DNA from: Phycisphaerales bacterium
GTDB lineage: Bacteria; Planctomycetota; Phycisphaerae; Phycisphaerales; UBA1924
DNA length: 64,000 bases
Reading direction: 5' to 3'
Assembly: GCA_965227775.1 (NCBI GenBank)
Contig: OZ245777.1
Span: 832,001-896,000, forward strand
Part shown: one piece after another, positions 51,015-59,983 of the stretch
How positions within the stretch are numbered: the first letter of the stretch is position 1
Layout: each line of letters opens with the position of its first letter
The notes under the pieces: generated by a model
What the model was told of the DNA's origin: nothing
Databases searched by the model: none
Seen by the model: only the letters and a program-made list of their open reading frames with translations
Made by a program: the position numbers and the translations under genes

Positions 51015-52676
51015 ATGCGACAAGTGGGAGCGAGTGTCGGGGCGTTACTGCTATCGGCGGGCTTGTGCCTGGGGCAGAACGCGCTCGGCGACGGGCGGGC
51101 CCTGGATCGCAACGCCCAGATCGGGAGCGAGGGCGTGAACAGCCCGACCCGGGACTTCAGGGCCGAGCTGCGCTTCCGCAACGCGCTGGTCACCGGCAAC
51201 GTGCCCGGGGGCGCCGGCTTTCGCGGCATCACGGGCTATGGGCTGGAGTACGACTTCCGCGGGCGCGTGGGCTCGGACGACTTGTTCAGCTTCCGGCGTG
51301 ACTCGTTCACCAGCGGCTTGGCTGGCACGGGCATCCGCGGCACCGAAGCCTTGCAGTACCAGTTCGCGCTGACGGTGGGCAATGCTCCGCCGCGGAACCT
51401 TCGTGGCAGCCTGCTGACCTCGCGCACGGGGGAGCGCGTGACGGCGGCTCTGTCGAGGTCGCCGGTCGCATCGATCAGCGGCTCGCCGGACTTTCGCGAG
51501 GCCACGCCCGAAGAGATGGGCGAGTACGAGCCCGGCACGGCGCTCTCGCTGCGATCGATCTCGGCGTTTGCTGCCCAGCGCAGCCTTTCCCCTTCGCTGC
51601 TGTACATGCAAGAGAACGACGGCGGCATCGCCGAGGGTCTGGTTGCCTCGCCGCTGCGAGGGCTGGCTCGCGAGGACCTGGTGGGTGATGCCGAGGCAAC
51701 GCAGGACGAGCGGCGCGACCCGTTTGCGGGCGATCGCATGAGCCGCGACGAGGGTGTCGGGCCGTCCGCGACCGGCTTGGCCGACCCTGCAGGAACGGGT
51801 GGCACAACCAGCGAGGTGCGCGATCGCCTTGCGACCGACTTCGTGTCGCGCATGGGCGGGCCGGACCAAGAGTCCGAGGCCGGTGAGGATGCCGCGGTGG
51901 GCGGCGGTGATCCGTTCCTCGAGCAGCTCGCCGCGCTGCAGCAGGTGCTGCGCGACGGCACGCTGATGGATGAGAGCGGTGCCGGCCTGGGCGCCGGGGG
52001 CGAGCCTGGCGCAATGGCGGCACCGGAAACGCAGCAGGAAGCGATCGAGCAACGCGTGAGCGGCTGGCGCGACCTCATCGCCACGCTCAAGGATGGTGTG
52101 GGCACGGTTGAGGTGCCCCAGCCACGGCTGGATCGCTCGTCGGCGTACGACCTGCACATCGAGCGCGCCCAGGCCATGATGGAAGAGGGCCGGTACTTCG
52201 AGGCCGAGCAGCGATTCACGATGGCGCTCGCGGCCCGACCGCGCGACGCGATCGCCGCCGTTGGGCGCGTGCACGCACAGATCGGCGCGGGGCTCGATCT
52301 CTCGGCGGCGGTGAACCTCCGGTCGTTCCTGGTTGAGCATCCCGAGTTTGTCGGCGCTCGGTACGAGGCGTCAATGCTGCCGCAGGAGCAGCGCATGCAG
52401 ACGGCCATCAAGCGGCTCACCGCGCAGGTAAGCGGCGAGGGTGGCACGCGCCGGACGCGAGAGAGTGCGCTGCTGCTGGCGTACGTTTCGTTCCACGCCG
52501 GCGATCGTGTCACGACCATCCTCGGCTTGGAGCGGCTGGGCGAGAACGAGGCGGGCCTGAGAGACCCGCTGGTTCCGCTTGTGCGGGCCGTGTGGCTCGA
52601 GGAAGAAGGCCAAGAAGGCGAGGGCGACGCGGCGGGCACCGATGAGGGTGCAACGCAAGAGGATGGCGGCGGCTGA
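51015..52676 (+). CDS. Secreted hypothetical protein with C-terminal TPR-like region
   Basis: Signal (..CLG-QNALGDGRALD); EGRYFEAEQRFTMAL; GGAGG RBS. Confidence 0.75.
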   Translation: MRQVGASVGALLLSAGLCLGQNALGDGRALDRNAQIGSEGVNSPTRDFRAELRFRNALVTGNVPGGAGFRGITGYGLEYDFRGRVGSDDLFSFRRDSFTSGLAGTGIRGTEALQYQFALTVGNAPPRNLRGSLLTSRTGERVTAALSRSPVASISGSPDFREATPEEMGEYEPGTALSLRSISAFAAQRSLSPSLLYMQENDGGIAEGLVASPLRGLAREDLVGDAEATQDERRDPFAGDRMSRDEGVGPSATGLADPAGTGGTTSEVRDRLATDFVSRMGGPDQESEAGEDAAVGGGDPFLEQLAALQQVLRDGTLMDESGAGLGAGGEPGAMAAPETQQEAIEQRVSGWRDLIATLKDGVGTVEVPQPRLDRSSAYDLHIERAQAMMEEGRYFEAEQRFTMALAARPRDAIAAVGRVHAQIGAGLDLSAAVNLRSFLVEHPEFVGARYEASMLPQEQRMQTAIKRLTAQVSGEGGTRRTRESALLLAYVSFHAGDRVTTILGLERLGENEAGLRDPLVPLVRAVWLEEEGQEGEGDAAGTDEGATQEDGGG

Positions 52677-52707
52677 GCGCACGAGCGAGCTCGGCGGGCG
52701 GAGCAGG

Positions 52708-54459
52708 ATGGCAGACGGCATGACGAAACAACCCGCCCGCCGCACCGCCCGGGCGACAGACGATCTCGAACTTTCGATTACCGACTTCCTGAGCGACGGC
52801 GGCTTCGTGCAGCTGTGCGCGACGCTGTCGATGCTGCTCGATGCGCCCGTCCGCCTGCTCGACGCCGAGGGCCGCGAGATCTTGCCCGGCGACGACGCTT
52901 CGGCCACGTGGCGGCTGGCCGACACCAGCCCCGACCCGGCGGCCCTAGCGGCCGAGCGCGCCTTTACCGTGCCCATGCGAGCGCACGGACGCGTCATTGG
53001 TTGGGTGCACGTGGGCAAGGGGCCGTCGACCGAGGGGCCGCTGGCACCTGCGATCGAGCAGGCGGTGGCGCTGGTGGTCGACGTGGCCGACCAGGTGTGC
53101 GATCGTGAGCTCGAGCTTCGTGCAAGGCTTCGCGAGCTGAGCGCGACGCAGCGTCTGAGTGCGCTCTTGGCGGCGGCGCAGAGCGAGGACGAGGTCCTGG
53201 GCATCGCGCTGGACAGCGCGATCGAGCTGCTTGGCTTGTGGGCGGGTTCGCTCGTGTTGTTTGTCGATGCGGGCGACAAGGGTCTGGCGCCAGAAGAACG
53301 CGATGTCGAACATCGCGTCAGCCGGAACCTGAGCGAGAGCTGGCTGGCCAATCCGCTGCCACTTTCGGCCAATCGTGAGTTTGACCGGCGGGCGCTCGCG
53401 GGCGAGATCGTGTCGGTACCCGACCTGCTGCGTGATTCGCGTGTGCAGCTCAAGGATCGGACCAAGGCCGAGGGGCTCGCGAGTGCGCTGCATGCTGGGA
53501 TGATCTTCCACGACAAGCCGCTAGGCGTGATCCGGCTGTATGGGTCTCGCGTGCGTGAATTTACGCCTGCCGAGCACCGCGTGCTGCGAACCATCGCGCA
53601 TCAGGCGGCGGTGGCGATCGGCCAGGCCCGCTTGCTGCGGCTGCAACGCGAAGAGCGGCGGCTGCAACGCCAGATGCGCCTGGCGAGCGATGTGCAGCGG
53701 CGCATGCTTCCCAAGAGCCCGCCCACAAGCGATCGGCTGGACCTGGGTGCGAGTTGGGAGCCGAGCCTCGAGCTCAGCGGCGACTTCTTCGACTTTATCG
53801 AGCTGGACGTCGACACGCGCGAACCGGGTGAGCGACGCATCGGCATCGTGGTGGGCGACGTGGTGGGCAAGGGCGTGGCGGCGGCGCTGCTGATGAGCCA
53901 CGTGCGCGCGAGCCTGCTCGCGCACGTTTCGCGCGATCCATCGCCCGGCGCCGTGCTTGCGGCGGTGAACAACGACCTGTGCCGAGATTCGCTGCCCAAC
54001 GAGTTCGTAACGCTGTGGTACGCGGTGATCGATCCGGTGAACCTCGAGCTGGTGTATGCGAGCGCGGGGCACGACCCCCCGTTGCTGCTACGTCCCGTCG
54101 TCGACGGCGTGCCTCCGGACAGCTCCGAGATTGCCGGTGCTGATGCGCGTGCGATGCGCAGCAGCGGCATGCTCGCGGGCGTGCTGCCCAACCAGACGTT
54201 TGGTGAGGAGCGTTTCCCGCTGTTCGCCGGCGACACGCTCGTGATGTTTACCGACGGCATGACCGATGCTCGCAACTTTGAGGGCGAGCGGTATGGGCGG
54301 CCCCGGCTGACGCGCTCGGTGCATGAGACGGTCAGCCGCAACCCGGACGTGACGGCGGCCTCGCTGGTGAAGGAAATTGTGTGGTGCGTGCGCCGGTTTG
54401 CGGGCCTGGCGCACATGACCGACGATCAGACGATCGTGGCGCTGCGGGTGCGGCCGTGA
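52708..54459 (+). CDS. GAF-containing SpoIIE/RsbU-type PP2C phosphatase
   Basis: GAF (PLGVIRLY..FT), LSGDFFD, GDVVGKG, ASAGH, FTDGMTD, DDQT. Confidence 0.93.
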   Translation: MADGMTKQPARRTARATDDLELSITDFLSDGGFVQLCATLSMLLDAPVRLLDAEGREILPGDDASATWRLADTSPDPAALAAERAFTVPMRAHGRVIGWVHVGKGPSTEGPLAPAIEQAVALVVDVADQVCDRELELRARLRELSATQRLSALLAAAQSEDEVLGIALDSAIELLGLWAGSLVLFVDAGDKGLAPEERDVEHRVSRNLSESWLANPLPLSANREFDRRALAGEIVSVPDLLRDSRVQLKDRTKAEGLASALHAGMIFHDKPLGVIRLYGSRVREFTPAEHRVLRTIAHQAAVAIGQARLLRLQREERRLQRQMRLASDVQRRMLPKSPPTSDRLDLGASWEPSLELSGDFFDFIELDVDTREPGERRIGIVVGDVVGKGVAAALLMSHVRASLLAHVSRDPSPGAVLAAVNNDLCRDSLPNEFVTLWYAVIDPVNLELVYASAGHDPPLLLRPVVDGVPPDSSEIAGADARAMRSSGMLAGVLPNQTFGEERFPLFAGDTLVMFTDGMTDARNFEGERYGRPRLTRSVHETVSRNPDVTAASLVKEIVWCVRRFAGLAHMTDDQTIVALRVRP

Positions 54460-55343
54460 AGGCAGTTGGGTTGGTGCTGACGCTGTGCCTGATGATGCTG
54501 GGCGGCTGTACCATCACTGGCCTTGAAGAGACCGCGACGCGACAGAAGTGGCCGGCGGACGCAGAAGCAATGTTCGGCTGCACGCCGGTGATCGTCGACT
54601 TCTTCGGCGGGAAAGTGCGCGGCAGCGGGTCGGGTGTGTTCGTCTCGGATCGCTGGCTGCTGACTGCGGCGCACGTGGTGCCCGACGATGCGCAGTACGC
54701 ATCGATCGCTTCGGCCGAGGACCACTCTCATCGGGGCGTGGTTATGCCCGTCGAGGTCGTCATCACGGGCGGCGGCGACCCCGTCCAGGCCGGAGACTGG
54801 GCGCTCGTGCGATTCCCCCGGCACGTCGGCTCGCTCGGTTCGCGTCCGGCTCGATTGCTCGACGAGGGGTTCAACGACGCGAGCGCCGTGCTTGTTGGCT
54901 TCCCCACGCGTGAGCAGGACGGGTCGAGCCCGTTCACACCGCGCGAGTTGCTCGTGCTGCAGAGCGACGCGCCGGTGCTGACCGAGCCTTTGTTGCTCGA
55001 GAACGAGGCGCAGCTCGGCACATCGCTGCGGTACTTTCGCATGGCGCCGGGGTGGGCGCGACTCGGCGGGGCTTCGGGCGGGCCCGTGGTGGCCTACGAC
55101 GATGCGGGCCGGCCGGGTGTGGTTGGCATCCTGCTCGGCCGCGTCGAGTACCGGGGGTTCTGGCGTCGCGGGCGGGCCATCGTGGCGCACGAGGTTCCGC
55201 CGCAGGCCTTCCTGGCGGCGAGCGGGGCGCTCGACACGCTGCCCGATCGTACCGATCGCGACGCGATGCTCGTGCAGGGCGGGGCTACGCTGAGCGGCGA
55301 TGGCGACCGTGTTCCTCAACGGAAGGCTGCTTCGGGACGATGA
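54456..55343 (+). CDS. Trypsin-like serine protease, putative lipoprotein
   Basis: LGGC lipobox; LLTAAHV, GDWAL, GASGGP; GTGA overlap. Confidence 0.82.
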   Translation: MKAVGLVLTLCLMMLGGCTITGLEETATRQKWPADAEAMFGCTPVIVDFFGGKVRGSGSGVFVSDRWLLTAAHVVPDDAQYASIASAEDHSHRGVVMPVEVVITGGGDPVQAGDWALVRFPRHVGSLGSRPARLLDEGFNDASAVLVGFPTREQDGSSPFTPRELLVLQSDAPVLTEPLLLENEAQLGTSLRYFRMAPGWARLGGASGGPVVAYDDAGRPGVVGILLGRVEYRGFWRRGRAIVAHEVPPQAFLAASGALDTLPDRTDRDAMLVQGGATLSGDGDRVPQRKAASGR

Positions 55344-56238
55344 CCCCGCCGCGAGCGTTTCGCTCTCGGACGCCGGGTTCATGCACGCCGTCGGTCTCTT
55401 TGAAACGATGACGGCGCGCCGCGTCGATGCCGAGGTGCGCGTCATTCGTGTTGACGAGCACGTGGGTCGGCTCGTGGATTCGGCCAAGACGTTGGGCTTG
55501 GCGTCGTCGCTCCGTGGCGGGCCGCTCGCCGAAGCGGTCGAGCACACGGCGCAGGCGTACTTCGAGCAGCACGAGGGCGAAGCGGCGCGCATCCGCCTGA
55601 CCGTAACCGGTGGCGACCTGAACCTGGTGCGGCGCGAGGCCGAGCGTGTGGGGGCGGGTGTGCAGACGCCGACGGTGGCGATTGTGGCTCAGCCGGCCAC
55701 GGTGTATCCGCCCGCGCTCTACGAGCAGGGCGGCATGATGGTGGTCGCCGATGCGAAGGCGAACCCATTCGATCCGACGGCCGGCCATAAGACGGTGAAC
55801 TACTGGTGGCGGTTGCGAGAGCTGCAGGGTGCGCTGGCCAAGGGTGGCACGGAGGCCCTGATCTTCACCGTCACCAACCACGTTTGTGGCGGCAGCGTGA
55901 GCAACGTGTTTGCGGCGAAGGAAGGGTCGCTGATGACGCCCATCGCGCGCGGCGAAGAGGCGGATGTCGCGGGCCAGGGCGGCGCGATGCCGAGCGCCGT
56001 GCTGCCGGGCGTGACCAGGGCGGCCGTGATCGAGCTGGCCGAGGAGCGCGGCATGACCGTCGATCGACGTATGCTGACGATTGGCGACCTGCTCGACGCC
56101 GACGAGGTGTTCTGCACCAATGCGAGCTTTGGCATGCTTGCGATGACACGCATCGAGGGGCGCGAGATCGCCGATGGCGCTGTTGGGCCGGTCAGCACGT
56201 CCTTGCGTGAGGCCCTGCTCGAACGCGACGGCGGTTGA
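55300..56238 (+). CDS. Class IV aminotransferase (IlvE/PabC-like)
   Basis: VFLNG, GLFETM, HVGRL, HKTVNY, LPGVTR, DEVFCTN. Confidence 0.92.
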   Translation: MATVFLNGRLLRDDDPAASVSLSDAGFMHAVGLFETMTARRVDAEVRVIRVDEHVGRLVDSAKTLGLASSLRGGPLAEAVEHTAQAYFEQHEGEAARIRLTVTGGDLNLVRREAERVGAGVQTPTVAIVAQPATVYPPALYEQGGMMVVADAKANPFDPTAGHKTVNYWWRLRELQGALAKGGTEALIFTVTNHVCGGSVSNVFAAKEGSLMTPIARGEEADVAGQGGAMPSAVLPGVTRAAVIELAEERGMTVDRRMLTIGDLLDADEVFCTNASFGMLAMTRIEGREIADGAVGPVSTSLREALLERDGG

Positions 56239-56241
56239 GGC

Positions 56242-56547
56242 TTACGCGTCAGCGTCGTGCGTGGGCCGGCGGACGCGGACGTTCTCGCGGCCCGCGTCTT
56301 GGCTACCGGGCTGTTCCATGGCGCGGAGTGCCTTGCGGATGCGGTGGCGGATAACCAGCCATCCGACGATGCCGGCGATCAGGGCGAAGGGAAGCAGCAC
56401 CAGCCCCAGGGCGATGATGCCCGCCAGCACCACCGCGCCGACGACCACGAGCACGCCCATCATGAGCGCGACCTTGAGCCGCGTCATCGGGCCGGGAGCG
56501 GGTGCCTCGCCGCCGCCGAGGGTGTAGGTGTACGTGCGCGTTGCCAC
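56242..56547 (-). CDS. Small membrane protein
   Basis: GTG at 56547, long hydrophobic stretch, DAGRENVRVR tail. Confidence 0.7.
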   Translation of the reverse strand: MATRTYTYTLGGGEAPAPGPMTRLKVALMMGVLVVVGAVVLAGIIALGLVLLPFALIAGIVGWLVIRHRIRKALRAMEQPGSQDAGRENVRVRRPTHDADA

Positions 56548-56574
56548 CGAGTGAGGATAGGTGATCCTGCAACA

Positions 56575-56610
56575 AAAACACACCCGCCGGGGTCGGCGGG
56601 CGGTGGTGTG
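56575..56610 (-). terminator. Terminator of VPLP-CTERM gene 1
   Basis: cccgccg/cggcggg stem with A-run on plus strand (U tail on minus). Confidence 0.6.
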
Positions 56611-56685
56611 ACGCGGTGGAGCGGTGTCCGGGCCGCGGGAGATGGAGCCGATGCGGAATCGGCGTGGTGGCTCGGCTTGCCCGGA

Positions 56686-57387
56686 TCAGCCGCGGCGGCG
56701 GCGACCGACGAACCCGGCCCCAGCCAGGCCGATTGCGGCCATAGCGCCCGTGGTGGGCAGGGGGACGACGACCTCGAACATCTGGTCCTGGGCACCGTCG
56801 TTGGTCAGGGCCATGACGCGGTTGCTGATGCGCACGTCGTCGTCGACGGCCACGTCCAGCAGCATGTCGAGGAACGTGGTCGTGCCGCTATTGAGGTTCC
56901 AGGCGCGGAAGTCGCCGCTGGACACGCTCAGGGCGGTGCCCTCGGTTTCCATGTCGCTGACCACTTCCCAGACGGCAATCTGGAATGCGGCGGCGAAGTT
57001 ACGGCTCGTGCCATACTGCTGGCCGTCGGCAAAGCTGTACAGGCGACCGATCGCGTCAGCCTTGTGCTGGTCCATGCCCGCGTTGCCCTGCGAGACCGGT
57101 GCGTCGGTGAGCTCGCTCACGTCGTAAACCCGGCTCTGGGAACTCACGAACTCGGTGACGTCGACGCAGAAGGTCGTCAGGCGGCCGATGGCGGGGCCTT
57201 GCGACCCGCTCCGCGCGGTCACTTCGTGGACGAGCTGGCCCGCGTGCACCGTGTAGCGGTTGCCGTCCACGCGGATGGTGGCGTTGCGGCCCTGGCCGGT
57301 ACCGACGTAGTTCATGGTGACGGTGTCGGCAGCCGCGATCGAGGCGGTCGCGACGACGGCGGCGGTAGCGAACATTGCAGCCTTCAT
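56686..57387 (-). CDS. VPLP-CTERM (PEP-CTERM-like) surface protein, thioester-domain-like, copy 1
   Basis: Signal; TFCVD, FQIAVWE, QDQM; VPLPT-TM-RRRR. Confidence 0.87.
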   Translation of the reverse strand: MKAAMFATAAVVATASIAAADTVTMNYVGTGQGRNATIRVDGNRYTVHAGQLVHEVTARSGSQGPAIGRLTTFCVDVTEFVSSQSRVYDVSELTDAPVSQGNAGMDQHKADAIGRLYSFADGQQYGTSRNFAAAFQIAVWEVVSDMETEGTALSVSSGDFRAWNLNSGTTTFLDMLLDVAVDDDVRISNRVMALTNDGAQDQMFEVVVPLPTTGAMAAIGLAGAGFVGRRRRG

Positions 57388-57646
57388 GGCTCTCTCCCTC
57401 TCTTGGATCTGGTCCGAGTCCTCCGCCCAGCCGCCCACGCGGTGTGGTGCGGCCGGGCGGCGCCGGATCGAGGCCACGCGGGACGGCTCTCCCCCTTCCG
57501 CCACGCGCAGCGACGATCCACGGACACCATACACGCTGGAGGCCGACCGACAAGGGCTAAGTACTGTTATATCATTGGGTTATAACGACTGAGAGCTTAT
57601 CGGTCAAATCTGCAAGGCATGTGGAGTCCACGCTCTGACAGCGCAC

Positions 57647-57673
57647 AAAAAAGGGCCGCCACACGGCGGCCCT
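57647..57673 (-). terminator. Terminator of VPLP-CTERM gene 2
   Basis: aaaaaa gggccgcc-acac-ggcggccc. Confidence 0.85.
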
Positions 57674-57720
57674 AGAAGAAAAGAGATTCGGATCAGATGA
57701 TCCGGAGGGAACTGAGTTGA

Positions 57721-58410
57721 TCAGATGCGACGCCGACGGCGAATGGCCGCGACACCCACCAGACCCGCGGCGGCCAGAGCGGCCGAGCCGGGGAGGGGGA
57801 TGACGACCCAGTACATCTGGTCCTGACCAGCCACCGAGTCCAACCCCTTGATGATGATGTTGGGATTGATGGTGCCGCTCGTGGCAGCGGTGTAGAGGTT
57901 CGACATCATGGTGCCGTCGACAGAGCCGCCGCTGATGATGCTGAACGTACCTGAGGTCTCGTCCAGACCGGCACCGTCAAGGTCGCTGATCACTTCCCAG
58001 ACCGCGATCTGGAAGGTGAAGGCGGTGTCGGCATCGGTGAAGTCAAAATTATTCGCGATGGCATAGGACAGCATCTTGGCCAAAGCGTCCTGTTCCGTAG
58101 TGGTCAGGGTCGGATTCACAGTGGCCAACGTCTCGATGTCATAGACATCAGGATCGTCGAGGATGCCGTTGATGTCGATGCAGAACGTACGGATGAACTC
58201 GCCGTTGGTGAACATGCCACCAGACGACGACGCGTCCGTCACCTGGAACCGCATGTATCCGGCGTTCACGGTGATGTTTGGACCAAACGGGCGGTTAACC
58301 GTGACTTGCTTTCCAGCCCCGGCCTGTCCCTTGTAATCCAGCGTGACGCTATCGGCCAGCGCCGTTGATGCCCCGGCCGCGAGGGCCAAAGCAACGATCA
58401 TCTTCTTCAT
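57721..58410 (-). CDS. VPLP-CTERM surface protein, thioester-domain-like, copy 2
   Basis: Signal; TFCID, FQIAVWE, QDQM; IPLPG-TM-RRRRR; AGGAG RBS. Confidence 0.87.
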   Translation of the reverse strand: MKKMIVALALAAGASTALADSVTLDYKGQAGAGKQVTVNRPFGPNITVNAGYMRFQVTDASSSGGMFTNGEFIRTFCIDINGILDDPDVYDIETLATVNPTLTTTEQDALAKMLSYAIANNFDFTDADTAFTFQIAVWEVISDLDGAGLDETSGTFSIISGGSVDGTMMSNLYTAATSGTINPNIIIKGLDSVAGQDQMYWVVIPLPGSAALAAAGLVGVAAIRRRRRI

Positions 58411-58828
58411 TTCTCCTGCTCCTATCTGAGTTTGCGCAAACTACAGCACGCGGCGCCAACATGGCACTTACCGCGTTAGGGTCAAATTTGGGCGTGCGAG
58501 CGGCTGGGATCGCTCCCAACCTGGATTCGGATTCGCTTGGGCCCGAGATCAGAGTGGCTCGGGCCTCACATTCGTCTCTTTCACCTGCACCCACACAGCC
58601 GCATCTCGTAAAGGCTACAGAACGCTGGGAGCCCCTATGGGATACGGCTTTCTCCTTGAGCGTTATACGTCAAGGGAAGTCACTAGGAAACCCCAAAAAA
58701 ACCCATTTGTGAAAACTTTCTGCGTCCGGGTTCATGTTGGGCAATCTGCAGAGGTTCGGGGGCACGGCTTCACAGTACTTTTACGGTCTTTCGGGACGTA
58801 CGCCTCTTCCAGTGATCGGCGCGCGGAC

Positions 58829-58854
58829 AAACAGCCGCCACGAGGGCGGCTGTT
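58829..58854 (-). terminator. Terminator of VPLP-CTERM gene 3
   Basis: aacagccgcc-acgag-ggcggctgtt. Confidence 0.7.
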
Positions 58855-58883
58855 CGTGAAGAACTCGAGAATGGGTGGTCAGG

Positions 58884-59591
58884 TCACGACTTGCGGCGAC
58901 GGCCGACGAGCCCAACACCAGCGAGGCCGACCGCTGCGAGACCGGCAGCGCCGGGCAGCGGGATGACGACCTGGTAGATCTGGTCCTGCAGGCCGCGGTT
59001 GGTGAGCGCACCAACGTTGGCTTCGCTGATGCTCAGATCGGCAGCGGCACCGAACAAGTCATCGACGATGTCCGACACGCTCGTGCTGACCGCGCTAGTG
59101 ACCTCGAAGTCGCCATCGCCGAGGTCAAGCGTCGTACCGAAATCGGCGATGACTTCCCAGACCGCGAGCTGGAACGCGGCGGCGTAGTCGCTCGAAGCGC
59201 CAAACTGCTGGCCCGCGGCGAACGTGTACATGCGAGCGATCGCGTCCGCCTTTGCAGAGCCCATGGCCGGGTCGCCCGCGTTGGTCACGGGGGCGTCGGC
59301 CAGGTCATTCAGGTCATAGGTCTGCGCGCCACTGGCGAAGGGAGCAAGGGGCTCCAGGACGTCGATGCAGAACGAACGGAGGGTGCCGTTGAGCGAGGCG
59401 CCCGCCCCGGTCCCGTCCGAAGCCAGGAAGTTCAGCTGGCCGGCGAACACATCGGAATTCGAACCGCCAGCATTGATGCTGTACGACTGACCCGCGCCGG
59501 GCCCGGTGTACCGGAGGTCCACAGTGTCGGCGGCGGCCAAGCCGGCCACGCCGAGCACAACGGCTGCGGTGGTGATGGAACGCATCTTCAT
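58884..59591 (-). CDS. VPLP-CTERM surface protein, thioester-domain-like, copy 3
   Basis: Signal; SFCID, FQLAVWE, QDQI; IPLPG-TM-RRRKS. Confidence 0.87.
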   Translation of the reverse strand: MKMRSITTAAVVLGVAGLAAADTVDLRYTGPGAGQSYSINAGGSNSDVFAGQLNFLASDGTGAGASLNGTLRSFCIDVLEPLAPFASGAQTYDLNDLADAPVTNAGDPAMGSAKADAIARMYTFAAGQQFGASSDYAAAFQLAVWEVIADFGTTLDLGDGDFEVTSAVSTSVSDIVDDLFGAAADLSISEANVGALTNRGLQDQIYQVVIPLPGAAGLAAVGLAGVGLVGRRRKS

Positions 59592-59983
59592 ATCTCCCAA
59601 TCCTCTCTATAGAACGCAGTGCTATCGATCGATGGCTGGGACGATGCCGATCGCGGGCCAAACAGATTGACCCCGCGAACCTCCTGACGTCCCCGGATTT
59701 TGTGCTTGATGCATCCCTGCTTCAAAACAACTTACAGCAGTCCGGGCCAAGATCTTGGCCTGGACAATGATCCGCATAAAAGGTGTCCAGGGATGAACTT
59801 GCGGCAAGAAAACTTGCCTAGAAAACACGCACAATCGCTACATAAGTCGATATAGGACCATGTGAGAAGCAGTTATCAGACTGCGGCATTGGCGATAACC
59901 ACGGGTGCGTACGAGGTCGCCCGCGCTGTCGCTGAGCACCTACCGTCGTGATCGCCGCGCAGGATCACGGAGGATCGGTCGCC

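Noticed and set aside
58440..58470. Sigma-54 promoter for VPLP-CTERM gene 2 (TGGCGCCGCGTGC on minus)
   Set aside because: GG-to-GC spacing is 2 nt too short for a -24/-12 promoter
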